DNA of 64,000 nt from Gemmatimonadaceae bacterium. Lineage in GTDB: Bacteria > Gemmatimonadota > Gemmatimonadetes > Gemmatimonadales > Gemmatimonadaceae. The notes beneath the pieces were generated by a model. That model made no database searches. It was not told the origin of the DNA and was given only the letters and a program-made list of their open reading frames with translations. The stretch is taken from assembly GCA_051859245.1 (NCBI GenBank), contig JBHYGA010000004.1, positions 704,001-768,000 on the forward strand, written 5' to 3'. Positions within the stretch are counted from its first letter, which is position 1. Each line of letters opens with the position of its first letter. A program made the translations under genes and the position numbers. Shown piece by piece: positions 36,443-45,464 of this stretch.

Positions 36443-37287
36443 GTAACGAGCGCCTTCGCGATTACCGAGAAGTCGTCAGCACCAAACCCGTCGGCGATCA
36501 CATCATCCATCCGTGCAGCCAATGAGGGCAGCAGCGCGAGTGGACGATCGCCGGCGGTTTCGAGCATCAGGCGTACATCTTTGCGCGCCATGGTGAGTTC
36601 GAAGCTCGCCGAGAAATCACCCTGCGCCATTTTGCGTCCGCGACCCGAAATAATGCCAGCTGCATTAAACGTACCGAGCAGCTCGAGCGCATCGGTGGGC
36701 GCAATCTCTGATCCTTGCGCGATCGCAAACACATCGGAGACCAGCGCCGCAATGCCGATGATGTAGCAGTTACCGATCAGTTTGTACGCGGCGGCGAGGT
36801 CAGGCCGCTCTCCAAAGTAGCGCACCTTTTCGGCCATGCGCTCAAGCGCTGGCCGGACGTCATCAAAGATCGCTTGCGGGCCGGCCACGAGAATTGTGCC
36901 CTGCTCCTGCCGAGCGGCTGCAGGTCCGATGAACACCGGGCAGTGTAGATACTTGATGCCCGCGTCGGCGAGTCGCTGCGCGCGTTCGGCAGTGTGCGTT
37001 GGCTGTGTGGTGGTGTGATCCACAATCACGGCGCTCGCGTTCAACGCGTCAACACACTGCGCGATCACCTCGTTGACCACGGCGTCGTCTTTGAGCACAA
37101 GATGCACCCGCTCGGCGCCGCGTACGGCCTCCGCGGGTGTCTCGGCCACGCGCACGCCGAGCGGCGCTAACGCGCGCGCTTTGTCCGCGGTGCGATTCCA
37201 AACGGTGATCTGGTCACCACGTGCTGCAGCGGCTTCAACAAAAGCGGCGCCGAGCAAACCTGTTCCGAGAAATGCGATGTGTGCCAT
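36439..37287 (-). CDS. NAD(P)-dependent oxidoreductase, 3-hydroxyisobutyrate/6-phosphogluconate dehydrogenase family
   Basis: IAFLGTGLLG, VWNRT, AAYKLIGN, FELTMARKD. Convergent TTAA stop overlap with nemA. Confidence 0.88.
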   Translation of the reverse strand: MAHIAFLGTGLLGAAFVEAAAARGDQITVWNRTADKARALAPLGVRVAETPAEAVRGAERVHLVLKDDAVVNEVIAQCVDALNASAVIVDHTTTQPTHTAERAQRLADAGIKYLHCPVFIGPAAARQEQGTILVAGPQAIFDDVRPALERMAEKVRYFGERPDLAAAYKLIGNCYIIGIAALVSDVFAIAQGSEIAPTDALELLGTFNAAGIISGRGRKMAQGDFSASFELTMARKDVRLMLETAGDRPLALLPSLAARMDDVIADGFGADDFSVIAKALVT

Positions 37288-37327
37288 GCATGAAAGATGG
37301 CGACCACACACGCGCTGCTCCAGTGCG

Positions 37328-40081
37328 TCAGGTCAAATGGCGAAGTGTGTCTTCGCGCACCGGCGCATCGATGACTTCACGCACGCGCGTTGCGAGCGCG
37401 GCAATCGTAAACGGCTTGGCGAGAAACTCGACGCCGGGCTTCAGCACGCCGTGATGCACAATCACGTTGGACGTGTAGCCCGATGCGTACAGCACCCGGG
37501 TTTCCGGCCGGAGAGCAACTACACGTTCCGCCAGCACGCGCCCGTTCATCAACGGCATGATCACGTCGGTGAGCAACAGCGCTACGTGCTCCGGTGTGTG
37601 CTCCAGCCACGCGAGTGCTGATGGGCCATCCGGAAAGTCGAACACGCGATATCCCTGGCGCACCAGCAAACGCACGGCAAGTGCTCGCACCGTGTGATCG
37701 TCTTCCACGAGCATGATGGTTTCGGTGCCGCGCGGCAATGCCGCCGGCGCATCAGACAGCGTTTGTACTTCCGAGACGAACACCCGCGGCAGGTAAATCT
37801 TGAAGCTTGTACCGTGCCCGGGTTCCGAGTACACCTCCACACGTCCGCCATTCTGTGAGACAGCGCCGTGAATCATGGCCAACCCAAGTCCAGTGCCGCG
37901 GCCAATTTCCTTGGTTGTAAAGAATGGTTCGAAGGCGTGCTCACGAATCTCACTACTCATGCCAATGCCGGTATCTGATACGGCGAGCAGGACATACTCA
38001 CCGGCCGGAACGTCGGGATGCTCAAGCACATACTGCTCGTCCAGCACCACGTTGCTGGTTTCAAGCGTGAGACGACCGCCGTCGGGCATGGCATCACGCG
38101 CATTGACGGCGAGATTGACCAGAATTTGCTCGGCCTGACCAGGATCAAACCGAACCAGCGCCAAGCGCTCGTCGGTCACGAGTTGCAGCAGAATGTCTTC
38201 GCCGAGCAGGCGCTGCAGCATGCCATGCACGCGACGCACGACTTCATTGAGATCGAGTACGACCGGCGCAATTAGCTGTTTGCGCGAGAATGCAAGCAGT
38301 TGTTGTGTGAGTCGAGCGGCCGAATCCGCAGCCCGCTCCACTTCCATCAGATCCTGTCGAACGGCGCTCTCCGGCTTGAGTGATGCGATGGACAGCTCGA
38401 TATAGCCCTTCATCACGGTGAGCAGATTGTTAAAATCATGCGCCACGCCGCCAGCAAGTCTCCCGACGCTTTCCATTTTCTGCGCCTGTCCAAGCTGCGC
38501 CTGCAACCGTCGTTCGCCCGACACATCAACGAACGACGCCATCATGCCAGCTGGTACGCCGCGCGAATCGTTGAACAAACTGGCGTTCACGAGCACTACG
38601 AGTTGACTGCCGGCGCGCCGGTGGCGAACCGGGAGTTCTCCCGACCACGTCCCCGTGGTGACCAACGTGTTGAACTGTTCGGTAGGACGCTGATCCTCAT
38701 CCCAAAGCTCCAGCGCATGCATACCCAGCGCCTGTTCGGGGTTCTCGTACCCCCACATCGCCACGAACGAACGATTCATGTACGTGAGCGTCCCGTTCAG
38801 ATCGGCCATCGCGACGCCATTGAGTGACGCTTCGATTGCCGACTGCAGGCGCGTGAGTGCATCATGCGACGCCCGACGGTCACTGATGTCTGACACACTG
38901 CCGCGGACAAGCTGACGGCCTTCAAAGGGCAAGGCGGAGAGGCGCACCTCGCATGGGAACTCGCGGCCGCTCGTGTCGCGGTGTCTCCACTCGAACACTT
39001 GCGGCTCACCATCCAACGCGCGCTGAATGAACTGAAAGGCGAACTCCGCTGACGGCTGACCATTCTCCTGAAACTCGGGCGTCAGATCGAGAACGCTGCG
39101 TTGCAGCAGCTCGTGGCGCGTGAGTCCGAACAGTCGCTCAGCGTTGCGGTTGGCATCGACAAACCGGTTCTGCGCAACATCCAGTACCACGATCGCTTCC
39201 GGTGCGTGCTCAACCTGAATACGAAAGCGCTCTTCGCTTTCCCGTAATGCTTCGCGCGACAGCTCCTCATCGGTACTGTCGCCAAGATATCCATGCCACA
39301 GGGTGCTACCATCGGGCAGGCGCTCCGGACGAGCGCTACCCTTGATCCAACGCACGCCGCGTGATGGGAGGATCACCCGATAGCTGCAACTCCAGGTGCA
39401 CAGCGTCGCCACGGAATCTTTAATGGTCTCTTGTACACGCACGCGATCGTCCGGATGAATGCGGTCGAACGCGGCCGATGCGTCATGAGCGACGTCACCG
39501 GGCGCAATTTCGAACACATCGATGAGACCGTCACTGGCGTATGGAAAGCGCGACCGCCCGTCTGGAAAGAGTTGGAACTGATAGATCACCCCGGGCACCA
39601 GATGCCCCAGATTCCGAAGCAACGTTGCTGCCTCGCGCGACGCGTGTTCGGCTTCCACACGGGCGGTGATGTCAGCGATCATTGCGACAAATCGATCGAT
39701 GGATCCGTCGACTTTGCGGAGCACTTTCACATCAATCGACGCATGCAGGGTCGAGCCGTCAGCGCGGAGTAAACGTTTGTCGCGCTTGTACCCGTTACTC
39801 TCGCCCTTCATGATCCGTTCGAGCTCTGCGAAGTCTTGCGGCAGCTCGTCTGGATGCGTGAGTTCGGTCCACGACTTTGTCAACAATGCTTCCCGCTCAT
39901 AGCCGAGCAGAGTACACAACGTCTGATTGACATCAAGCCACGCAAACGTTTCGCCGTCATTCACCGCCATCCCAATGAACGGCAGATCATGAAAGAGGCG
40001 AAGCGCCTCGATCGCGCTGGCGGGCTCAACCGGAGGCCCGAGTTCCTCTGGACGGAGCGTCATGACCAGAACATGCGCCAT
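37328..40081 (-). CDS. Cytoplasmic multi-PAS hybrid sensor histidine kinase with receiver domain (CckA-like)
   Basis: Four PAS/PAC-like segments; AGGVAHDFNNLL, NLAVNARDAM, FEPFFTTK..GTGLGL; receiver LLTDVIMP...KPF. Confidence 0.95.
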   Translation of the reverse strand: MAHVLVMTLRPEELGPPVEPASAIEALRLFHDLPFIGMAVNDGETFAWLDVNQTLCTLLGYEREALLTKSWTELTHPDELPQDFAELERIMKGESNGYKRDKRLLRADGSTLHASIDVKVLRKVDGSIDRFVAMIADITARVEAEHASREAATLLRNLGHLVPGVIYQFQLFPDGRSRFPYASDGLIDVFEIAPGDVAHDASAAFDRIHPDDRVRVQETIKDSVATLCTWSCSYRVILPSRGVRWIKGSARPERLPDGSTLWHGYLGDSTDEELSREALRESEERFRIQVEHAPEAIVVLDVAQNRFVDANRNAERLFGLTRHELLQRSVLDLTPEFQENGQPSAEFAFQFIQRALDGEPQVFEWRHRDTSGREFPCEVRLSALPFEGRQLVRGSVSDISDRRASHDALTRLQSAIEASLNGVAMADLNGTLTYMNRSFVAMWGYENPEQALGMHALELWDEDQRPTEQFNTLVTTGTWSGELPVRHRRAGSQLVVLVNASLFNDSRGVPAGMMASFVDVSGERRLQAQLGQAQKMESVGRLAGGVAHDFNNLLTVMKGYIELSIASLKPESAVRQDLMEVERAADSAARLTQQLLAFSRKQLIAPVVLDLNEVVRRVHGMLQRLLGEDILLQLVTDERLALVRFDPGQAEQILVNLAVNARDAMPDGGRLTLETSNVVLDEQYVLEHPDVPAGEYVLLAVSDTGIGMSSEIREHAFEPFFTTKEIGRGTGLGLAMIHGAVSQNGGRVEVYSEPGHGTSFKIYLPRVFVSEVQTLSDAPAALPRGTETIMLVEDDHTVRALAVRLLVRQGYRVFDFPDGPSALAWLEHTPEHVALLLTDVIMPLMNGRVLAERVVALRPETRVLYASGYTSNVIVHHGVLKPGVEFLAKPFTIAALATRVREVIDAPVREDTLRHLT

Positions 40082-40248
40082 CGGCGCGAAGAGCGCGAGC
40101 GCTCAGTTCGGTAAACCTTCGTGCCCTGAACGCGGGGCGCGCGAAGATGACCGCAAGAAACGACTTCAGTCGAGCCCTGAACGCGACGACACTGACTTTT
40201 ACACGTTTTGCCCGACGCAGGGCTTTCTCACTGGATTCTGAGCTCGTG

Positions 40249-41292
40249 ATGACTGTCACACCACTGGTGAATCGCACCACCGAGGTTGAGCTGTACGCTC
40301 GCCTGATCAGCCCCTCGCGCCTGGCAGCCGTCCAGGCGACGGGGCTGCTCGATGGCAACTCCAATGACGTGCTGGATCGCATCTCGCGACTCGTCACCCG
40401 TTTGGTGGGTGCCCCTACGAGCGTCGTGTCGTTGGTGGGACGCGGGCAACAGTTCTTTCCCGGCATGGATGGGTTGTCGGGTTGGCCGGCCCATCAGCGT
40501 TCCACGCCGCTGAGCCATTCGTACTGCCAACACGTGGTGATGCGCGACAGCGCGATTGTCATTGCCAATACCTCGGAAGATCCGATCGCGGCCGAAAGCG
40601 CGGCGCACACGGAGCTCGGCGTTGGTGCCTATGCCGGCGTTCCGCTGCGAACCTCCACCGGTGAAACGCTTGGGGCATTGTGTGCCATCAGCTGCCGACC
40701 GTGGCACTGGACGACGGCGCAGATGCAGACGCTTGAGGATCTGGCAGCGGCCGCCATGTCCGAAATCGAGCTGCGCGCCACCGCACGCGCGCTGTTGCAC
40801 AGCAATCAGAAATTGACAGAACAGGTAGTGCGTGATCCGGTCACCGGGTTGCTGAATCGCACCGGTTTTCTGACGCGTGCCAAGGCCGCTGTTGAAGTGG
40901 CACAGCACGAGCAGCGTGCCTTTATCGTGTGCTTGCTTGATCTGAACCACTTCAAGCACATCAATCACACGCTTGGATTTGACGCGGCCGACGCGGCGCT
41001 CGTGGAAACCGCTGCGCTCCTCGAGGGCGCCTTTCGCGACGCCGACGTCATTGCACGCATTGGTTCCGACGAGTTTGTGGTGTTGATCGACAATGCGAAC
41101 GAGTCCGATATTCCATTCGTGACCGCGCGATTGGCGGCGTCGTTCGATGTGCACAATGCGTCGCGCAATCGAGAGTTCATTCTCGACGCAAGCGTCGGCT
41201 TTGCCGCCTGGAACCCGCGCGCTCCGGTGTCGGTCAGCACGTTGCTGCATCGGGCAGAGGTGGCAATGCGCGAGAGTCGAAGCCTGGTGTAG
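40249..41292 (+). CDS. GAF plus GGDEF domain protein (GSDEF variant)
   Basis: GAF (HSYCQHVV, AYAGVPL, GALC); DPVTGLLNR, RDAD I-site, RIGSDEF. Start uncertain (40147-40249). Confidence 0.88.
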   Translation: MTVTPLVNRTTEVELYARLISPSRLAAVQATGLLDGNSNDVLDRISRLVTRLVGAPTSVVSLVGRGQQFFPGMDGLSGWPAHQRSTPLSHSYCQHVVMRDSAIVIANTSEDPIAAESAAHTELGVGAYAGVPLRTSTGETLGALCAISCRPWHWTTAQMQTLEDLAAAAMSEIELRATARALLHSNQKLTEQVVRDPVTGLLNRTGFLTRAKAAVEVAQHEQRAFIVCLLDLNHFKHINHTLGFDAADAALVETAALLEGAFRDADVIARIGSDEFVVLIDNANESDIPFVTARLAASFDVHNASRNREFILDASVGFAAWNPRAPVSVSTLLHRAEVAMRESRSLV

Positions 41293-41321
41293 TTTTCCGG
41301 ATCACTCTTACGGACAACAGC

Positions 41322-41900
41322 ATGCGCCAGCCTCTCACGTCAATCTTGTTCGCCCTCGGTTTGCTTTCCGGCAGCGACATCTCCGCGCAGAACCCGCAGC
41401 GCGAGTTCTGGACCAATCTCAGCGCGCTGTGCAACACGGCGTACGCCGGTGTGCTGCGTCAGGCGCCGCCGGGCGATACGCAGATTGATCCGACCGCCAG
41501 GCTGGTCGTGCACTTCTGGGAATGCGGTGAGAACGAGCTACGATTCCCGTTGCACGTGAATGACAACCGTTCACGCACGTGGGTGTTCATTCGTCACGCC
41601 GACAAAATCGAACTGCGACATGATCATCGGGAAGCGGATGGTCGTGAATCGGCGAACACCTGGTATGGCGCATTAACCATCGTGCCGGGAAGCGCAACGC
41701 GTCAGGACTTCGTCACGGAGCGTAACGGGGCAACGAGCGGATGGCGCGTAGAGATCGAGCCCGGGAAGCGTTTTGCGTACGGAACCGCGCGGAACGGCGA
41801 GTTCCGACATCATCTGGAGTTCGATCTGACGAAGCCCGTCGCCGTTCCACCGCTTCCCTGGGGCAGCGGCGTGCGTCCGTCACAACGCCCGACACCGTAG
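41322..41900 (+). CDS. Secreted hypothetical protein
   Basis: Signal peptide; FWTNLSALC, NRSRTW, LRHDHRE.DG, EFDLTKPV..PPLPWG. Confidence 0.7.
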   Translation: MRQPLTSILFALGLLSGSDISAQNPQREFWTNLSALCNTAYAGVLRQAPPGDTQIDPTARLVVHFWECGENELRFPLHVNDNRSRTWVFIRHADKIELRHDHREADGRESANTWYGALTIVPGSATRQDFVTERNGATSGWRVEIEPGKRFAYGTARNGEFRHHLEFDLTKPVAVPPLPWGSGVRPSQRPTP

Positions 41901-41918
41901 CCCACGACCACATGGACT

Positions 41919-43022
41919 TCACGCCACCGCGCGAACTGCCACCGGCGTGGCCACCCGTTCGGGCAGCGAACGGCAGCTCGCGTTGCTGCACCCCGGACAG
42001 CGCTCACGATAGCGCGTGTGGTGCGCCTCGCCTGAAATCAGGTGTGTGTTGACGAGGTCGGCGAGTGCGTCGAGAAACAGCGGGGAATCGTTCAATGATG
42101 GCGCGCGGCGAAATCCCTGCAGACCGAGCGAATGCGCGAGCTCGGCGTACTCAATATCGATCTCCGACAGCGTCTCGATGTGATCACTCGTGAACGCAAC
42201 GGGCACAACGAGTACGTTGCGGCGTTGATCAGAAGCCAGACGACGAATTATGGTTTCCGTGGACGGCCCCAGCCAGCGTACCGGTCCGACTTCCGACTGA
42301 TAGGTGAGCATGTGCGGATTCCGCGCGAGCAGCACCTCCATCACGCGTTCAACCGTCGCCCCCACTTCCTGCGGATACGCGTCACCACGATCGATCACGC
42401 TGAGCGGCAGGGAGTGTGCGCTGAACATCAGCAGGACGTCATCACGCTCGTGCGCCGGATACTGTGCAAGCCCCCGTCTGACGGTGTCCGCCATTGCACG
42501 TACGAATCCCGCGTGCGTTGGCCATCGATCAATCAGGCTCCACGAAAAGCGATCCCGTAAGCCGAGCCGGTCGAGCGCGCGCCACAGTTCGTTCAAGCTC
42601 GATCCGGTGGTGGTGCACGAATACTGCGGATACATGGAGAGCGCGATCGCGCGTGTAATGCCATCCGCCTCCATCGCACGCAACGCATCCTCTGCCGAGG
42701 GCTGCACGTAGCGGAACGACACATAGAACCTGTGCGGCGCTGTATGTGGAGAGAGGGCGTCGAGTCGCTTGACCAGTGCGTCCCCTTGCACTGTGGACCA
42801 ATGCAGGATCGGTGAACCACCGCCAATCGCCTCGTACAGCTTTCGCACCTTGGGCACTCGGCGTTTGGCAATGAATCGCCCGAGCACATCCTGCATCGGC
42901 AGGCGCAAGAGTTCACGATCAGCGAACAGGTTGAGCAAAAAGGCCTCAACATCGTCGAGCGTTTTGGGTCCGCCCATATTCAGCAGGACAATGCCGGTGC
43001 CACCAGCGGTCCGAGTCGCCAT
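41919..43022 (-). CDS. hemH: Protoporphyrin ferrochelatase with predicted [2Fe-2S] ligands
   Basis: LLNMGGP, GGGSP, YPQYSCTTTGSS, FSAHSLP, WLGPST, FTSDHIETL; C-terminal CPGCSNASC. Confidence 0.95.
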   Translation of the reverse strand: MATRTAGGTGIVLLNMGGPKTLDDVEAFLLNLFADRELLRLPMQDVLGRFIAKRRVPKVRKLYEAIGGGSPILHWSTVQGDALVKRLDALSPHTAPHRFYVSFRYVQPSAEDALRAMEADGITRAIALSMYPQYSCTTTGSSLNELWRALDRLGLRDRFSWSLIDRWPTHAGFVRAMADTVRRGLAQYPAHERDDVLLMFSAHSLPLSVIDRGDAYPQEVGATVERVMEVLLARNPHMLTYQSEVGPVRWLGPSTETIIRRLASDQRRNVLVVPVAFTSDHIETLSEIDIEYAELAHSLGLQGFRRAPSLNDSPLFLDALADLVNTHLISGEAHHTRYRERCPGCSNASCRSLPERVATPVAVRAVA

Positions 43023-43208
43023 CGTGTGCACTGATATATTCGGGTGAAGTACGTCCAACGTCGCGATTCTCGCAGCGTGATGTGTCAATCTCAACCCGCT
43101 GATATGCCCTGCCTATGCGCATCGCTACGGATGTGCGTCCGTAGTAGTGCGGGGATACGCGGTGCGAAGCGGCAACTGTGAGTCGGTCACACGGTAAGGG
43201 GAGTGTCG

Positions 43209-43724
43209 ATGAATCTTCTGTTTCGACTGCTTGTGGTGCTGCTGCGCAGCATGCCACGCCGCGGTACGGTGGGCGTCCTCGATGTCACCACGTTGCGTCT
43301 CCGGGTCTGGCCGACAGATCTTGATCTCAACGTGCACCTGAACAACGGGCGGTACCTGTCCATCATGGACCTCGGGCGCATCGACCTGATTCTGCGCGTT
43401 GGTCTGCTCGGACGGATGGTGCGTGACGGTATTCGTCCGGTTGTCGGCAGCGTGCAGATCGTGTATCGCCGCTCACTGGCGCCGTTTCAGGCGTTTGACC
43501 TCACCACCCAGCTTATTGGCTGGGACGAGAAGTGGACGTATCTGCGTCAGCAGTTTCACGATGACAGCGGTGCGGTATGTGCCGATGCCTACGTGCGCGC
43601 ACTCTTTGTGCGCCGCGGGGAAAAGCTGACCAGCGCGGAAGTGTCCGCGTTGGCAGGAAACGGCCTGCAAAGCCCGGACGTCACGATGGTCGCCGCCATG
43701 TTTCAGCCGCCGCCCAGATCCTGA
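43209..43724 (+). CDS. Hot-dog-fold acyl-CoA thioesterase (4HBT/THEM6-like)
   Basis: VWPTDLDLNVHLNNGRYLSIMDLGR, YRRSL, GWDEKW; GGAG RBS. Confidence 0.88.
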   Translation: MNLLFRLLVVLLRSMPRRGTVGVLDVTTLRLRVWPTDLDLNVHLNNGRYLSIMDLGRIDLILRVGLLGRMVRDGIRPVVGSVQIVYRRSLAPFQAFDLTTQLIGWDEKWTYLRQQFHDDSGAVCADAYVRALFVRRGEKLTSAEVSALAGNGLQSPDVTMVAAMFQPPPRS

Positions 43725-43760
43725 CGGCCCCGGGGGCGTGGTTGCACGCGCAGATCGTGA

Positions 43761-45464
43761 CTACAAACGCAATCCGCTGGTGCGGCCAACCTGACGCCGA
43801 ACCGCGCTGGCCATAGCGGCGGCACTTCCTGCGATGATCACACGTTTCCTCGCACGAGTGACCGCCGTGTAGAGCAGTTCGCGATTCATGACGCGACTCT
43901 CGCGTTCTGGTACGACGACCAGCACATCGTCAAACTCGGAGCCTTGCGACTTGTGGACTGTCATCGCCCACGCCGTTTCCACCGCGGGAAGTCGAACCGG
44001 CGCGATTGCGCGTGTTACACCATGCGCGGCGCGAAAATACACGGCGACGTTCGCGCCATCGCGCCACACAACGCCGAGATCACCGTTAAACACGCCCGTG
44101 CCATAATCGTTGGCCGTGACGAGCACGGGACGCCCGTGATACCACGTGCCCTGTGTGCTGTGCCCCTGACGCGAAAGCCAACGCTCCACCATTTGGTTCA
44201 ACCCTTCCACACCGAGTCGTCCCTCCCGTTCCGGTGAAAGCAAGCGGAACGACTCCAGCGCATCAAGCAACTCCACGGCGCTCCGCGCTTCAACGCAACG
44301 TGTCAGGTTTGGTAGAATCGGCGCCAGCAATGATTCGGCAGAATGTGTTGCGTCGCGCGACTGCACATCTGGCGATCGAGGGTCGGCGCACACGCTGGCC
44401 ACTGCACTCGCGTCTCCCGCAAGAATCGCAGCGGCCAACGCTCCGATCGCCGGCTGCTGTTCGAAACGCCAACTGCGGGTGAGTACGGTAATGCATTGAC
44501 GCAGCGGTGATTCGTTGGGTGCGCTCAGTGCTGAGCGACACAACGCTCCCAGCACGTCGCCCGCATCGACGCTCGCGAGTTGATGATGGTCACCGACCAG
44601 CATGAGTCGTGCGTTGGGCTTGAGTGCTGCCAGCAACGCATCCAGCATGAGCACGTCCACCATGCTGGCTTCGTCAACAATGACCAGATCGGCGTCGAGC
44701 GGATCACCCGCGTGTTTGCGATAGCGATTGGTCTGCGGGCTGTAGCCAAGCAAACGATGCAGCGTGCGCGCCTCGTCTGGCACGTGGACCCGCACGCCGC
44801 TTTCCGTTGCCATCGCGGCAAGACGCAGATTGATGGATTCCGTGAGGCGGGCCGCCGCCTTCCCGGTTGGTGCCGCGAGTGAGATCCGTAACTCCGGCGC
44901 ACTCGTTCGCAACTCGAGCAATCGCCGCGCCACGAATGTCGTCTTACCCGTACCCGGGCCACCCGTCACGATGGAAAACGCCGGCAGCCCGTTGCTCACC
45001 GGCGTGTGCACTAGCGCATTGATCCGGCTCGCAATGCGTGCTTCCGCATCAAAGTACCGACGAAACTGCAACAGGTCGGATGTACGAACCAGCGGCGTGG
45101 CATCGGCCACCCCTCCGACAATTCCAGCGTGTGTGAGCGCGCGTTGCCACCAGGCCGAACTCCAGTCGGTGTCTCCCTCTAGCACGGGTGCGAGTACGTC
45201 GCCCGCGACTTCGCGGGATTGTTCCGCGAGCTGGTCGAAGCTGATCGCGCTGTGTCCTTCGCGGAGCGCACGGCTCGCCAGCAGCGTCGCAAAGCCCGCC
45301 GCGATTGCTTCGTCACCGGGAGCGGCATCGTCATTCGTGCTTCGACGAACAAATGTTGTCGCCAGTTGCACATCGATCGGAGCGCTGTGTGCGGCCAGCG
45401 CCAGCGTACGCAGTGCGGTATAGACCTGATCCCGCAACACTTGCGTGTCTGCCGTCGCACTCAT
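43761..45464 (-). CDS. recD: Exodeoxyribonuclease V alpha subunit
   Basis: TGGPGTGKTT, AAPTGKAAARL, TLHRLLG, VDEASM, GDHHQLASV, AWAMTVHKSQGSEF, ELLYTAVTRA. Confidence 0.95.
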   Translation of the reverse strand: MSATADTQVLRDQVYTALRTLALAAHSAPIDVQLATTFVRRSTNDDAAPGDEAIAAGFATLLASRALREGHSAISFDQLAEQSREVAGDVLAPVLEGDTDWSSAWWQRALTHAGIVGGVADATPLVRTSDLLQFRRYFDAEARIASRINALVHTPVSNGLPAFSIVTGGPGTGKTTFVARRLLELRTSAPELRISLAAPTGKAAARLTESINLRLAAMATESGVRVHVPDEARTLHRLLGYSPQTNRYRKHAGDPLDADLVIVDEASMVDVLMLDALLAALKPNARLMLVGDHHQLASVDAGDVLGALCRSALSAPNESPLRQCITVLTRSWRFEQQPAIGALAAAILAGDASAVASVCADPRSPDVQSRDATHSAESLLAPILPNLTRCVEARSAVELLDALESFRLLSPEREGRLGVEGLNQMVERWLSRQGHSTQGTWYHGRPVLVTANDYGTGVFNGDLGVVWRDGANVAVYFRAAHGVTRAIAPVRLPAVETAWAMTVHKSQGSEFDDVLVVVPERESRVMNRELLYTAVTRARKRVIIAGSAAAMASAVRRQVGRTSGLRL

